DNA from: an uncultured Candidatus Saccharibacteria bacterium
GTDB taxonomy: Bacteria > Patescibacteriota > Andersenbacteria > UBA10190
DNA: 43,660 nt
Reading direction: 5' to 3'
NCBI GenBank assembly: GCA_964374055.1
Contig: CAYJWZ010000001.1
Location: 1-43,660, forward strand
This document shows positions 17,281 through 24,907 of the stretch, one piece after another (the stretch's first letter is position 1; each line of letters starts with the position of its first letter). A model generated the notes under the pieces. It was not told the DNA's origin. It worked only from the letters and a program-made list of their open reading frames with translations, and did not search any database. The translations under genes were made by a program, and so were the position numbers.

Positions 17281-18241
17281 CCACCGGCGTCAGCGCCGCC
17301 TTGCCATGCAACACTGCTAAGACGTTTTGCGCCGCCAGCTCGGCCATGGCCGAGCGCGTCTCAAGGGTGGCCGAAGCCACATGCGGCGTCAGAATAACAG
17401 CAGTCAATTCACTCAAGCCGGGTGTTAAATGTGGTTCTTTCTCAAAGACATCGAGTGCTGCTCCGCGCAGTAAGCCGGCTTGCAACGCCTCGAGCAAGGC
17501 CGGCTCATCAATCACCGCGCCGCGAGCCGTGTTAATCAGCAAAGCCGTCGGCTTAAGTAATTTTAAGCGCGCTGCCTGCAACAGATGAAACGTACTCGGT
17601 AGCAGAGGCACATGCAGTGATAAGACATCAACTTCCGGCAACAAGCGGTCAAGCTCCGGCACAAATTGGGCCGTGACACCCTGTTGAAATAACGAACTAG
17701 GTTTCAAATCGTTATACATAATCCGCATGCCAAACCCATGCTGAGCGATTCGGGCCGTTTCAAAGCCAATCCGGCCGCCACCGACAATCCCCAGCGTTTT
17801 TCCTCGTAATTCCATACCGAGCAACAATTCCGGCTCCCAGCCGTGGAACTTTCCCGCCCGCGTAAACTGATCGGCTTCAACGAGGCGCCGGGCCAGCGCG
17901 AGCATAAGCGCAATCGCATGCTCGGCTACTGAATACGTCACCACACCCGGCGTGTTTGTTATAACAATTCCCTTAGTTTGTGCCGCCTGAACGTCAATGT
18001 TGTCGTAGCCAGCCGCATAATTGGCAATAACTTTAAGTTGCGAACCGGCTCGGGCCAACATCTCAGCTGTAATCCGGTCACTTAGCAAGGTAAGTAAACC
18101 ATCATAGTCGTTCATCGCTTGTAACAGCTCAACGTGAGTCAGTCGCGCTGTCCCCTGGTGCACCATTACTTCCACGCCTGCCTGTTGCAGTAATTCCACC
18201 GCTCGACCCGGTAATGAGGCTGTTATAAAAACCTTGGCCAT
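17267..18241 (-). CDS. D-isomer-specific 2-hydroxyacid dehydrogenase (glyoxylate/hydroxypyruvate reductase-like)
   Basis: GIVGGGRIGFETARIA, LLINTARGAVIDEPAL, ALDVFEKEP, TPHVASAT. Confidence 0.85.
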   Translation of the reverse strand: MAKVFITASLPGRAVELLQQAGVEVMVHQGTARLTHVELLQAMNDYDGLLTLLSDRITAEMLARAGSQLKVIANYAAGYDNIDVQAAQTKGIVITNTPGVVTYSVAEHAIALMLALARRLVEADQFTRAGKFHGWEPELLLGMELRGKTLGIVGGGRIGFETARIAQHGFGMRIMYNDLKPSSLFQQGVTAQFVPELDRLLPEVDVLSLHVPLLPSTFHLLQAARLKLLKPTALLINTARGAVIDEPALLEALQAGLLRGAALDVFEKEPHLTPGLSELTAVILTPHVASATLETRSAMAELAAQNVLAVLHGKAALTPVVIEV

Positions 18242-18263
18242 AGTAAACTGACCTTACCGTACT

Positions 18264-18737
18264 ATGTTCCAAAAGTTTTGGGAATGGTATGAACGCACCC
18301 TCCCGACCCAGGTAATCATTGTCGCCCTTTTGTTTATCTGGCAGCTCACCCATCTGTACTGGCTGACAACTGACGTTGTACTCCCGCGCCTCTTCGGCTT
18401 TAGTTTGTTTCCCGATTCCCCACTCCTCAAATTTGCCGTTATCGTCGCTGACCATGCGGAAATACCGGCCTTACTGTCCGCTACCCTCTATTACCTCAAT
18501 GAACTGCGTAAAAAGTTCCGTCGACGCTCACTGAGCTATATTATTTTAGTCAATTCGCAGTGGTTGCACTTGTTCTGGATCACCGACACCTTTATTGTCC
18601 ATGTCTTTAGTAACCAGCCCGCTAGCCTACCGGCGTGGTTAGCCTGGATAGCCATTGGTATCGACTATCTGGAACTACCGGTGATCTACGATACCCTCAA
18701 AAAATCACTAGGCTATATACGAACAAAAGTGGCCTAA
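18264..18737 (+). CDS. Polytopic membrane protein (157 aa), hypothetical
   Basis: About four hydrophobic helices; no family recognised. Confidence 0.55.
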   Translation: MFQKFWEWYERTLPTQVIIVALLFIWQLTHLYWLTTDVVLPRLFGFSLFPDSPLLKFAVIVADHAEIPALLSATLYYLNELRKKFRRRSLSYIILVNSQWLHLFWITDTFIVHVFSNQPASLPAWLAWIAIGIDYLELPVIYDTLKKSLGYIRTKVA

Positions 18738-18777
18738 AAAGCCCTTTTAAGCGGTTTTCTACTTATCCACAATCAGC

Positions 18778-18807
18778 TTGACAAACCCAACTTTCATACA
18801 CTATCAT
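18778..18807 (+). promoter_or_regulatory. Sigma70-like promoter of the three-small-ORF operon
   Basis: TTGACA (18778-18783), 18-nt spacer, TATCAT (18802-18807). Confidence 0.45.
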
Positions 18808-18871
18808 ACACATACGAGAAGGTTACGAGCGTACCCTTCACAACTCTCACTTTTCAGAAGGAGGCAGCATC

Positions 18872-19042
18872 ATGAGCGTGTTGCAAAAACTGAAAGAACG
18901 AATGGAAAACGACCCCAGGATTCGCCCCGATCTCTTGCCCTATGGCATCGAAGAGATGCCGGAAATTCAGAAACTCATCCTCGCCTATCTCGATCAAAAC
19001 CACCGGGAGGTGCCCAATGGTTCCGACCATCACGCGTGCTGA
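18872..19042 (+). CDS. Small hypothetical protein (56 aa)
   Basis: GAAGGAGG (18857-18864) 7 nt upstream of the ATG; below the ORF-track cutoff; overlaps the next ORF. Confidence 0.45.
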   Translation: MSVLQKLKERMENDPRIRPDLLPYGIEEMPEIQKLILAYLDQNHREVPNGSDHHAC

Positions 19043-19211
19043 CATCGTGCGGGCTCTCCTGGCTTCACTCGAGAAGCCGGAAAGCGCCCAAGCCAATGCT
19101 CGGCAAAAGCTCGATGCCCAATTGCAACGGCAGCTCAATGACGGCGCCGGCAACATGCCTCCCGGACTCCGCTCCCGAATGCTAATCCTGCAACTCCACA
19201 GGAGGTCATGA
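19017..19211 (+). CDS. Small hypothetical protein (64 aa)
   Basis: GGGAGG (19005-19010) 6 nt upstream of ATG 19017; its stop overlaps the next start (ATGATG). Confidence 0.45.
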   Translation: MVPTITRADIVRALLASLEKPESAQANARQKLDAQLQRQLNDGAGNMPPGLRSRMLILQLHRRS

Positions 19212-19399
19212 TGCTGAAATTTGCGGAACGACTACCCACTGCTGAAAGGCGCCGGTTGGAGCTGGCCCAAACGCTGCTCAAGGAGCTCGAACATGTTCCA
19301 CCAGGAACCGCCTACGACCGAGCTCTCGACGACTACCCACTCAGCAGCGAACGCCAACTCCACCTCGCCCTACAGACCTTCATCGCCCAAAATATCTAA
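19208..19399 (+). CDS. Small hypothetical protein (63 aa)
   Basis: AGGAGG (19200-19205) upstream; ATGA overlap with the previous ORF; terminator follows. Confidence 0.5.
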   Translation: MMLKFAERLPTAERRRLELAQTLLKELEHVPPGTAYDRALDDYPLSSERQLHLALQTFIAQNI

Positions 19400-19417
19400 A
19401 CAAACCCCAACAACATA

Positions 19418-19444
19418 CCCCACCACAGCGCTGGTGGGGTTTTT
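19418..19444 (+). terminator. Rho-independent terminator
   Basis: CCCCACCA-cagcgc-TGGTGGGG followed by TTTTT. Confidence 0.7.
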
Positions 19445-20434
19445 CTATCCGCGCTTTCGTTTGGCCACGCGCAACACCGCCGCCTGAATGGCATCGGCGT
19501 CCATGCGGTACTTTTTCAACAACTGCGCCGGTTCGCCCGATTCACCAAATGAGTTGTGCATGCCGACAAACTCCATCGGCACCGGATACGTCCGCGCCAA
19601 CACCTCGGCAATGGCGCTGCCTACCCCGCCCATCACCTGATGTTCCTCACACGTCACCACCGCCCCACACTCCCGGGCTGCCCGTTCAATCGCCTCTTCG
19701 TCCATCGGCTTAATGCTCGGCGAATTAATCACTCGCACCGAAACCCCGCGTTCAATTAACCGATCCGCCGCCACCAATGCTGAATGAATAATCGGCCCGG
19801 CGCCAATCACGGCGACGTCTTTTCCCTCGCGCAGCGTGAGCGCCTTGCCAATCTTGAACGGTGTCTTTTCCGTCGTGAATAAGGGACTGGCTGAGCGGGC
19901 AAAGCGAAAGTAGACCGGCCCATCAATGGCGGCGACTGCGTGTACTACCTTACGGGTTTCTTCAGCATCAGCCGGCACCAACACCGTCATCCGCGGTAAC
20001 ACGCGAGTAAGCGCTATATCCTCCATTGCCTGATGAGTCGCCCCGTCCGGCCCAACCGAAATGCCGCTATGGGCGCCGGCTAACTTCACATTAGCCTTGT
20101 TGTAACACATGGAAATGCGGATCTGATCCCAATTCCGGCCCGGGCAGAACACGGCGTAGGTAGAAACAAACGGAATTTTCCCGGCTAGCGCCAGCCCCAC
20201 CGCTACCGCCGCCATATTCTGCTCGGCCACACCCATTTCGATAAATCGCTCGGGGAATTTTTCCTGAAACTTGATCGCCCGGGTTGATTCCACTAAGTCG
20301 CCACTTAATACCACGACATCGTCGTTCTGCTCACCCAATTCCACCAGCCCCCGACCATACCCATCCCGCGTGGGCGCGAGCTCTACCTCCTTACTTAACG
20401 TCGCTCGTTTTAGATGAGCACCGTTACTCAACAT
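19445..20434 (-). CDS. tkt: Transketolase, C-terminal (pyrimidine-binding) subunit
   Basis: Split-type transketolase: MGVAEQNM, GPDGATHQAMEDIA, C-terminal domain; overlaps the N-subunit gene by 11 nt. Confidence 0.9.
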   Translation of the reverse strand: MLSNGAHLKRATLSKEVELAPTRDGYGRGLVELGEQNDDVVVLSGDLVESTRAIKFQEKFPERFIEMGVAEQNMAAVAVGLALAGKIPFVSTYAVFCPGRNWDQIRISMCYNKANVKLAGAHSGISVGPDGATHQAMEDIALTRVLPRMTVLVPADAEETRKVVHAVAAIDGPVYFRFARSASPLFTTEKTPFKIGKALTLREGKDVAVIGAGPIIHSALVAADRLIERGVSVRVINSPSIKPMDEEAIERAARECGAVVTCEEHQVMGGVGSAIAEVLARTYPVPMEFVGMHNSFGESGEPAQLLKKYRMDADAIQAAVLRVAKRKRG

Positions 20435-21272
20435 AAATTTTTCCTCCCAAAGTTCTTAGTTGCGTCAGTGCTGCCTTAGCTTGTGTGGCATCAGGCGGTA
20501 CTCCATGCCACTTGAAATCATACTCCATAAATTCCACTCCTTTGCCCGGAATCGTGTGCGCAATAATACAGACCGGCTTCTCCACAATCGCCTTCGCTTC
20601 GTTACAGGCATCAATGATCTGTTCAATATTATGGCCATCAACATCAATCACGTGCCAGCCGAAGGCTTCATACTTTTCCCGCAACGGCTCCAGTGTCATC
20701 ACCTGTTCGGTCGGCCCGTCAATTTGAATATTATTGCGATCAATAATCGCCGTCAGGTGCCCCAAGGTATAGTGTCCGGCAAACATCACTGCTTCCCACG
20801 TCGACCCCTCATCATGTTCGCCGTCTGATAACAGACAATAGGTCTGATATTTTTTTCCATCCAGCTTACCCGCATAGGCGCAGCCGGAGGCGATGCCCAA
20901 CCCTTGCCCCAAACTGGCCGCCGATGATTCCACGCCGGGCGTGGTCAGCCGGTCAATATGCCCTTGCAGGCGAGAACCCAATTTGCGCAGCGTTTTGAGT
21001 TCTGCCACCGGGAAAAATCCGGCGCGGGCCAACACGGCATACCAGATCGGCGCCGTATGCCCGCAGGAAACAAATAAGCGATCGCGATCCGGATCGTGTC
21101 GTTTACGCGGACTCAGATTCAAAACATCAAAATAAAGCGCTGTGGCGATCTCCGCTAAATCCAGCGGCCCGGCCGAGTGCCCCGAGCCGGCCGCCACCAA
21201 CATTTTAATCACATCTTGCCGCAGCGTAGTGGCCATACGCGCGAGCGTTGGAAGATGCTGTGCCTCCCGCAT
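20424..21272 (-). CDS. tkt: Transketolase, N-terminal (TPP-binding) subunit
   Basis: GHSAGPL, GSLGQGLGIASG, LSDGEHDEGSTWEA, IIDRNNIQIDG. Confidence 0.9.
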   Translation of the reverse strand: MREAQHLPTLARMATTLRQDVIKMLVAAGSGHSAGPLDLAEIATALYFDVLNLSPRKRHDPDRDRLFVSCGHTAPIWYAVLARAGFFPVAELKTLRKLGSRLQGHIDRLTTPGVESSAASLGQGLGIASGCAYAGKLDGKKYQTYCLLSDGEHDEGSTWEAVMFAGHYTLGHLTAIIDRNNIQIDGPTEQVMTLEPLREKYEAFGWHVIDVDGHNIEQIIDACNEAKAIVEKPVCIIAHTIPGKGVEFMEYDFKWHGVPPDATQAKAALTQLRTLGGKIYVE

Positions 21273-21295
21273 CGTTTCAGTATATCACTTCGCCT

Positions 21296-21319
21296 CGCCG
21301 AAGCTCTAGCGAAGGCGGG
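21296..21319. repeat. 24-nt exact repeat CGCCGAAGCTCTAGCGAAGGCGGG, copy 2 (provides the stop codon and last codons of rpe)
   Basis: Identical to 8345-8368. Confidence 0.8.
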
Positions 21320-22031
21320 CCATCTCGGCCAATAACTGCAAGTGCTGTAAATTTTCCACCGGATCACCCGCCCCAAAAATTGCCGTATTCGCGGCCAGGC
21401 GCGTGGCGCCACTAGCTACATAACGCCCGACTGTTTCCTTGTTCACGTGCCCATCAACGGCGATTGGGAGGGCTGGATGTCGCGCTTTCCAGCGCGCAAT
21501 CTTATTAAACACCTTTTCGTTTATCGGCTGATTGGCCCACCCCGGGTTGTAGCCCATAAACAAAACGAAATGCAGCCGCCGTACATATTCTTCTAAATAG
21601 TCCGCCGGCGTTTCCGGATTAATCGCCAGCGCCAGTTCAGCCCCTGTCCGTTCGCGCAAGCTTTGGTACAGTCCAATAAGATCATCCGTACCAGCAAAAG
21701 ATTCCAAGTGAAAAATACAGCGTGCCGGATCGAGCGCAACAATTTCCGTCAGATAGTTAATCGGTGTATGCACCATCATGTGCAACTCAATTTTGTCATA
21801 GGACGGCAACTGCTTAAAGCGCGTAATATCCCGAAAGGTTCCCTCGCCAGCGAAAATGCCATCCGTTATATCAATCTGCACATGTAATGCCGCCGTATAA
21901 ACGCGGGCCCAATCAGCCGCTATACCCTCATACGTCCGGCGCAGAATTGCCGGCACCACTTCAACCGTGGCCGCCACCATGTCCACACGAACAGCCGCCG
22001 CTCCCACATGTGCGGCCGTGCTGGCCTTCAT
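21306..22031 (-). CDS. rpe: Ribulose-phosphate 3-epimerase-like protein
   Basis: HVQIDITDGIFAG, ELHMMVHTP, HLES, LAINPETP, VLFMGYNPGWANQ, IAVDGHVN. Start set to ATG 22031 (GGGGGAG 10 nt upstream); ATG 21980 is an alternative. Confidence 0.7.
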   Translation of the reverse strand: MKASTAAHVGAAAVRVDMVAATVEVVPAILRRTYEGIAADWARVYTAALHVQIDITDGIFAGEGTFRDITRFKQLPSYDKIELHMMVHTPINYLTEIVALDPARCIFHLESFAGTDDLIGLYQSLRERTGAELALAINPETPADYLEEYVRRLHFVLFMGYNPGWANQPINEKVFNKIARWKARHPALPIAVDGHVNKETVGRYVASGATRLAANTAIFGAGDPVENLQHLQLLAEMARLR

Positions 22032-22467
22032 ACTGCAACATCTCCCCCACTCGCCGCACATGCCGCTCCGCCGGATCAAACGCCGTCTCCAGAAAAGCTT
22101 CTACTACCGTCTTGGCTGTCTCTTCAGAAATAAAATCAGCACCCAGCGCCAAGATATTAATATCATCATCCTGCCGCGCGGCTTCAGTAATCTTTGGTTC
22201 ATGCATCAAGGCCGCTCGCACACCGGCCACTTTATTTGCCGCCACCGCCATACCGGCGCCGGAACCACAGAGCACTATCCCCCGCCGCTCATGCGGCTGT
22301 TCAGCTACTGCCTCCGCCACTTTAAAAGCGTAATCAGGGTAATCATCTTTCTCATCCATTTTTTCCGCTCCCACATCATGCACCGTATGGCCTTTTCCCG
22401 TGAGCCACTCCCCTATTTTATTTTTCAGCTCCCATCCCCGATGATCCGCCCCCAAATAAATTTCCAT
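21961..22467 (-). CDS. rpiB: Ribose-5-phosphate isomerase B
   Basis: MEIYLGADHRGWELKNKI, GIVLCGSGAGMAVAANKVAGVRAAL; unusual Cys/Gly/His-rich C-terminal tail that overlaps rpe. Confidence 0.85.
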   Translation of the reverse strand: MEIYLGADHRGWELKNKIGEWLTGKGHTVHDVGAEKMDEKDDYPDYAFKVAEAVAEQPHERRGIVLCGSGAGMAVAANKVAGVRAALMHEPKITEAARQDDDINILALGADFISEETAKTVVEAFLETAFDPAERHVRRVGEMLQYEGQHGRTCGSGGCSCGHGGGHG

Positions 22468-22566
22468 TCCCTTATCGTATCAGCCCATTGACCGAATGGC
22501 GAGAGAAGGCCTACGCTGCCTGTAGCCCAGTTTCTGATGGTTGTTTGACAATCAAAAGGAGATGTC

Positions 22567-23454
22567 ATGGCAAAAGCCTACCAACCGACTGATCAGATCA
22601 TCATTGAAAGCCGCCCCGACGGAGAAGAAGTTGCTATCCACAACCTACTCTATGGCGGCCCCGGCGGACGAACCATTTTCCAGGGCAAAGTTCCTTTGAC
22701 GAACTTTGTTTCAGGCCTGGCCCGACACGTTGTAAGCTACGCGCCGCTCAACCTTGGCCTGATTCCAGCTGGCATGACACTCCGGCTGCTGGAGCGCAGC
22801 AATGGCTGGTATCTGTTCGTGGTTGAGGAAACACCCGGTATCCACACCGTTCAATGGGTGCGTGACGATTCGAAGGCAAAATATGGTTCCGGTGCGACTT
22901 ATCGGACGGTTACCCTGGCGTTTCCCTGGATCTATTTCTTCCTGGTATTGTCGCCCACCGGAAACTTCTCCCAGCTCAACAGTGTCTACTTTCGCAACAG
23001 TCCCCTGACCTCGCTTGACGACCCGCTGTATGATCCGCACTTCTTCAACTGCTCAGTTGACGCGTATGGCGGCCATTGTTGGATCTGTGTCCAGTCCACA
23101 CACATTGAGGGTCACTCCTTACTGGCTCGCGTTGAGTCCTTCATTCAGTGGTTTTGGAACTCGGGCTTTAACGCCAGTTCTGAAGCCCATGAAACAGCTA
23201 AAGGCAGCTTCTGGACGTACAACCGTGACCGCATTGCTGATCAACGCGTCCAATCAATCGCTGCCTGGGAAAAGGCGTCGCGTGCCAATCCGAATTTTGC
23301 GGTCACTGTTCCGTGGATCAACTCCAACCACACCCCGCTCACCCTATGCCGGGAATTGACTGTCGCCAGTCTACCCGGTTCAGGATCACCGTGCACAGCG
23401 CGCGGCTTCGCCAACCTGATCCAAAACCTCAGTAAAGAAAAGGAGGACAACTAG
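22567..23454 (+). CDS. E2 (UBC)-like conjugating-enzyme candidate (295 aa)
   Basis: AAGGAG (22556-22561) RBS. Beta-rich core (WYLFVVEE, IHTVQWV, YRTVTLAFPWIYFFLVL, SVYFRN) followed by PHFFN-x9-C171-W-I-C174, reminiscent of HPN...C. First gene of the JAB/E1/Ubl cassette. Assignment is by context and pattern only. Confidence 0.45.
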   Translation: MAKAYQPTDQIIIESRPDGEEVAIHNLLYGGPGGRTIFQGKVPLTNFVSGLARHVVSYAPLNLGLIPAGMTLRLLERSNGWYLFVVEETPGIHTVQWVRDDSKAKYGSGATYRTVTLAFPWIYFFLVLSPTGNFSQLNSVYFRNSPLTSLDDPLYDPHFFNCSVDAYGGHCWICVQSTHIEGHSLLARVESFIQWFWNSGFNASSEAHETAKGSFWTYNRDRIADQRVQSIAAWEKASRANPNFAVTVPWINSNHTPLTLCRELTVASLPGSGSPCTARGFANLIQNLSKEKEDN

Positions 23455-24156
23455 ATGCTCTTACCCCACCCACGCCTTGTGGCGACTAACGATCCCACTG
23501 ACTGGCGCCGGAAGGAGTGGCCTGAATTTGTTGACCACTTGGTGCTGACGCCGGAAGGCGTCTTCTCGATTCGCCGGGAAGGAGGATCCATCTACCGAAG
23601 GCCGGCCCAGGCGGCTGACTTCGAACGCATGTATGGTGCGGCCGTAAAAGAACGGCTTTTCCGGGGTGCGGTGGAGCTGAAACAGCGCGCCCCTTACCAG
23701 TTACTGTTGCAGGCGATCAGCTTCTTTCGCTATGTCTGGCAACAGCAACGTCGGGAGGATATCCTGCTTCTCTATTTTTTTGAGAAGAAGCAGCGCTATC
23801 AACTGGTTCACCCACCACTCAAAACGGCTTCCCATGCTCACGTCGACTATACGTTCCCTCCAACCCCGGAAGAGGCCGTGCGTTTCGGCTCGATTCATTC
23901 CCATGGCGCCGAGCAAGCCTCTCATTCCCCGCAAGATTACAAGGACGACCAGCTCTCGCCCGGCGTGCACGTAATTGTCGGACAGCTCGATCGACTATAT
24001 CAGAGCGTTAAATGCATTGCCTCCGATGGTGCTGGTTGTTTCGAGGTCTCGCTGTGGGATGTGTTTACTGAACCGGACATGCCGAAGTTTCCGCCCACGT
24101 GGTTTATCGACCTTCCCCTCACCCAAAGGAGTACTAAGTATGGTCCCGGTTTCTGA
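23455..24156 (+). CDS. JAB/MPN (JAMM) metalloprotease
   Basis: Exact JAMM motif H148-S-H150-x7-S158-x2-D161 (IHSHGAEQASHSPQD, nt 23896-23937) with upstream E101; AGGAGG (23441-23446) RBS; ATG directly abuts the upstream stop. Confidence 0.8.
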   Translation: MLLPHPRLVATNDPTDWRRKEWPEFVDHLVLTPEGVFSIRREGGSIYRRPAQAADFERMYGAAVKERLFRGAVELKQRAPYQLLLQAISFFRYVWQQQRREDILLLYFFEKKQRYQLVHPPLKTASHAHVDYTFPPTPEEAVRFGSIHSHGAEQASHSPQDYKDDQLSPGVHVIVGQLDRLYQSVKCIASDGAGCFEVSLWDVFTEPDMPKFPPTWFIDLPLTQRSTKYGPGF

Positions 24157-24877
24157 TCGCCCCCTCATCCTGATCGGCTTGGGAGGAATCGCCACCGGCT
24201 ACCTGCCGGCATTAGTGCATTATCACGCCACCGGTGTGCTGCCGTTCGAGATGATCTTGCTGGTTGATGGTAAGCGGTTCCGAAGCGAGAATGCCGCTCG
24301 CCAGCATTTTCTCAAAGAAGAAAACAAGGCGGTCGAGCTTAGCCGCCTGTGGGGACGACACTACCCGCATGTACCACTCCGGGTTCGCCCGGAATTTGTC
24401 ACTCGCGAGAACGTGGCTGAAGTAATCCCGGACCAGTCAGTAGTCCTGCTGGCTCCTGATAATCATGCCACTCGCAAGCTTGTCAGTGATCATGTGGAAA
24501 CAGTGGATGACGTTCTGTTGATCAGTGGCGGCAATGATGCTATTGATGAGAAGACAGGCCAGGACGGTACGGAAGGAGCCGTGTTAGTTCACTTCAGGGT
24601 TGGTGGGCAGAACCTTACGCCACCCATCACTCACTATCATCCGGAGATCGCCCATCCCACCGATGGCTTACCAGCCAATATTGGATGCACCGAGCTCGCC
24701 CAGTCACAGCCGCAACTGGCTGCCACCAATTGGCTGGTTGGTCAAACCATGGCCGAATTGCTCTACCGGTATTGCTGCTTACCCAACGACGAAGCCACTC
24801 AAGTAGTTGAGCGTTGGGTCAACAGTCGCACGCGCGCGCAAGCGGATTACGGACCAGTGGAAAGGTTTGTAATCTAA
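24140..24877 (+). CDS. ThiF/MoeB/E1-like adenylyltransferase (245 aa, minimal)
   Basis: Start ATG 24140 with AAGGAG (24126-24131). GLGGIATG nucleotide loop, LLVDGKRFRSENAARQHF (D..N..RQ), NKA, APDNHATR, Cys183 in NIGCTEL. Overlaps the JAB gene by 17 nt. Confidence 0.8.
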   Translation: MVPVSDRPLILIGLGGIATGYLPALVHYHATGVLPFEMILLVDGKRFRSENAARQHFLKEENKAVELSRLWGRHYPHVPLRVRPEFVTRENVAEVIPDQSVVLLAPDNHATRKLVSDHVETVDDVLLISGGNDAIDEKTGQDGTEGAVLVHFRVGGQNLTPPITHYHPEIAHPTDGLPANIGCTELAQSQPQLAATNWLVGQTMAELLYRYCCLPNDEATQVVERWVNSRTRAQADYGPVERFVI

Positions 24878-24907
24878 ACCATTTCCCTTTTCATGAGGAG
24901 AAGCGTC

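Noticed and set aside
22520-22535. Possible att-like duplication of the tRNA-Gln 3' region (CCCAGTTTC shared between 22526-22534 and 26498-26506)
   Set aside because: It is only a 9-nt match, which is within chance expectation, and there is no integrase nearby. This is not sufficient to call a mobile element.
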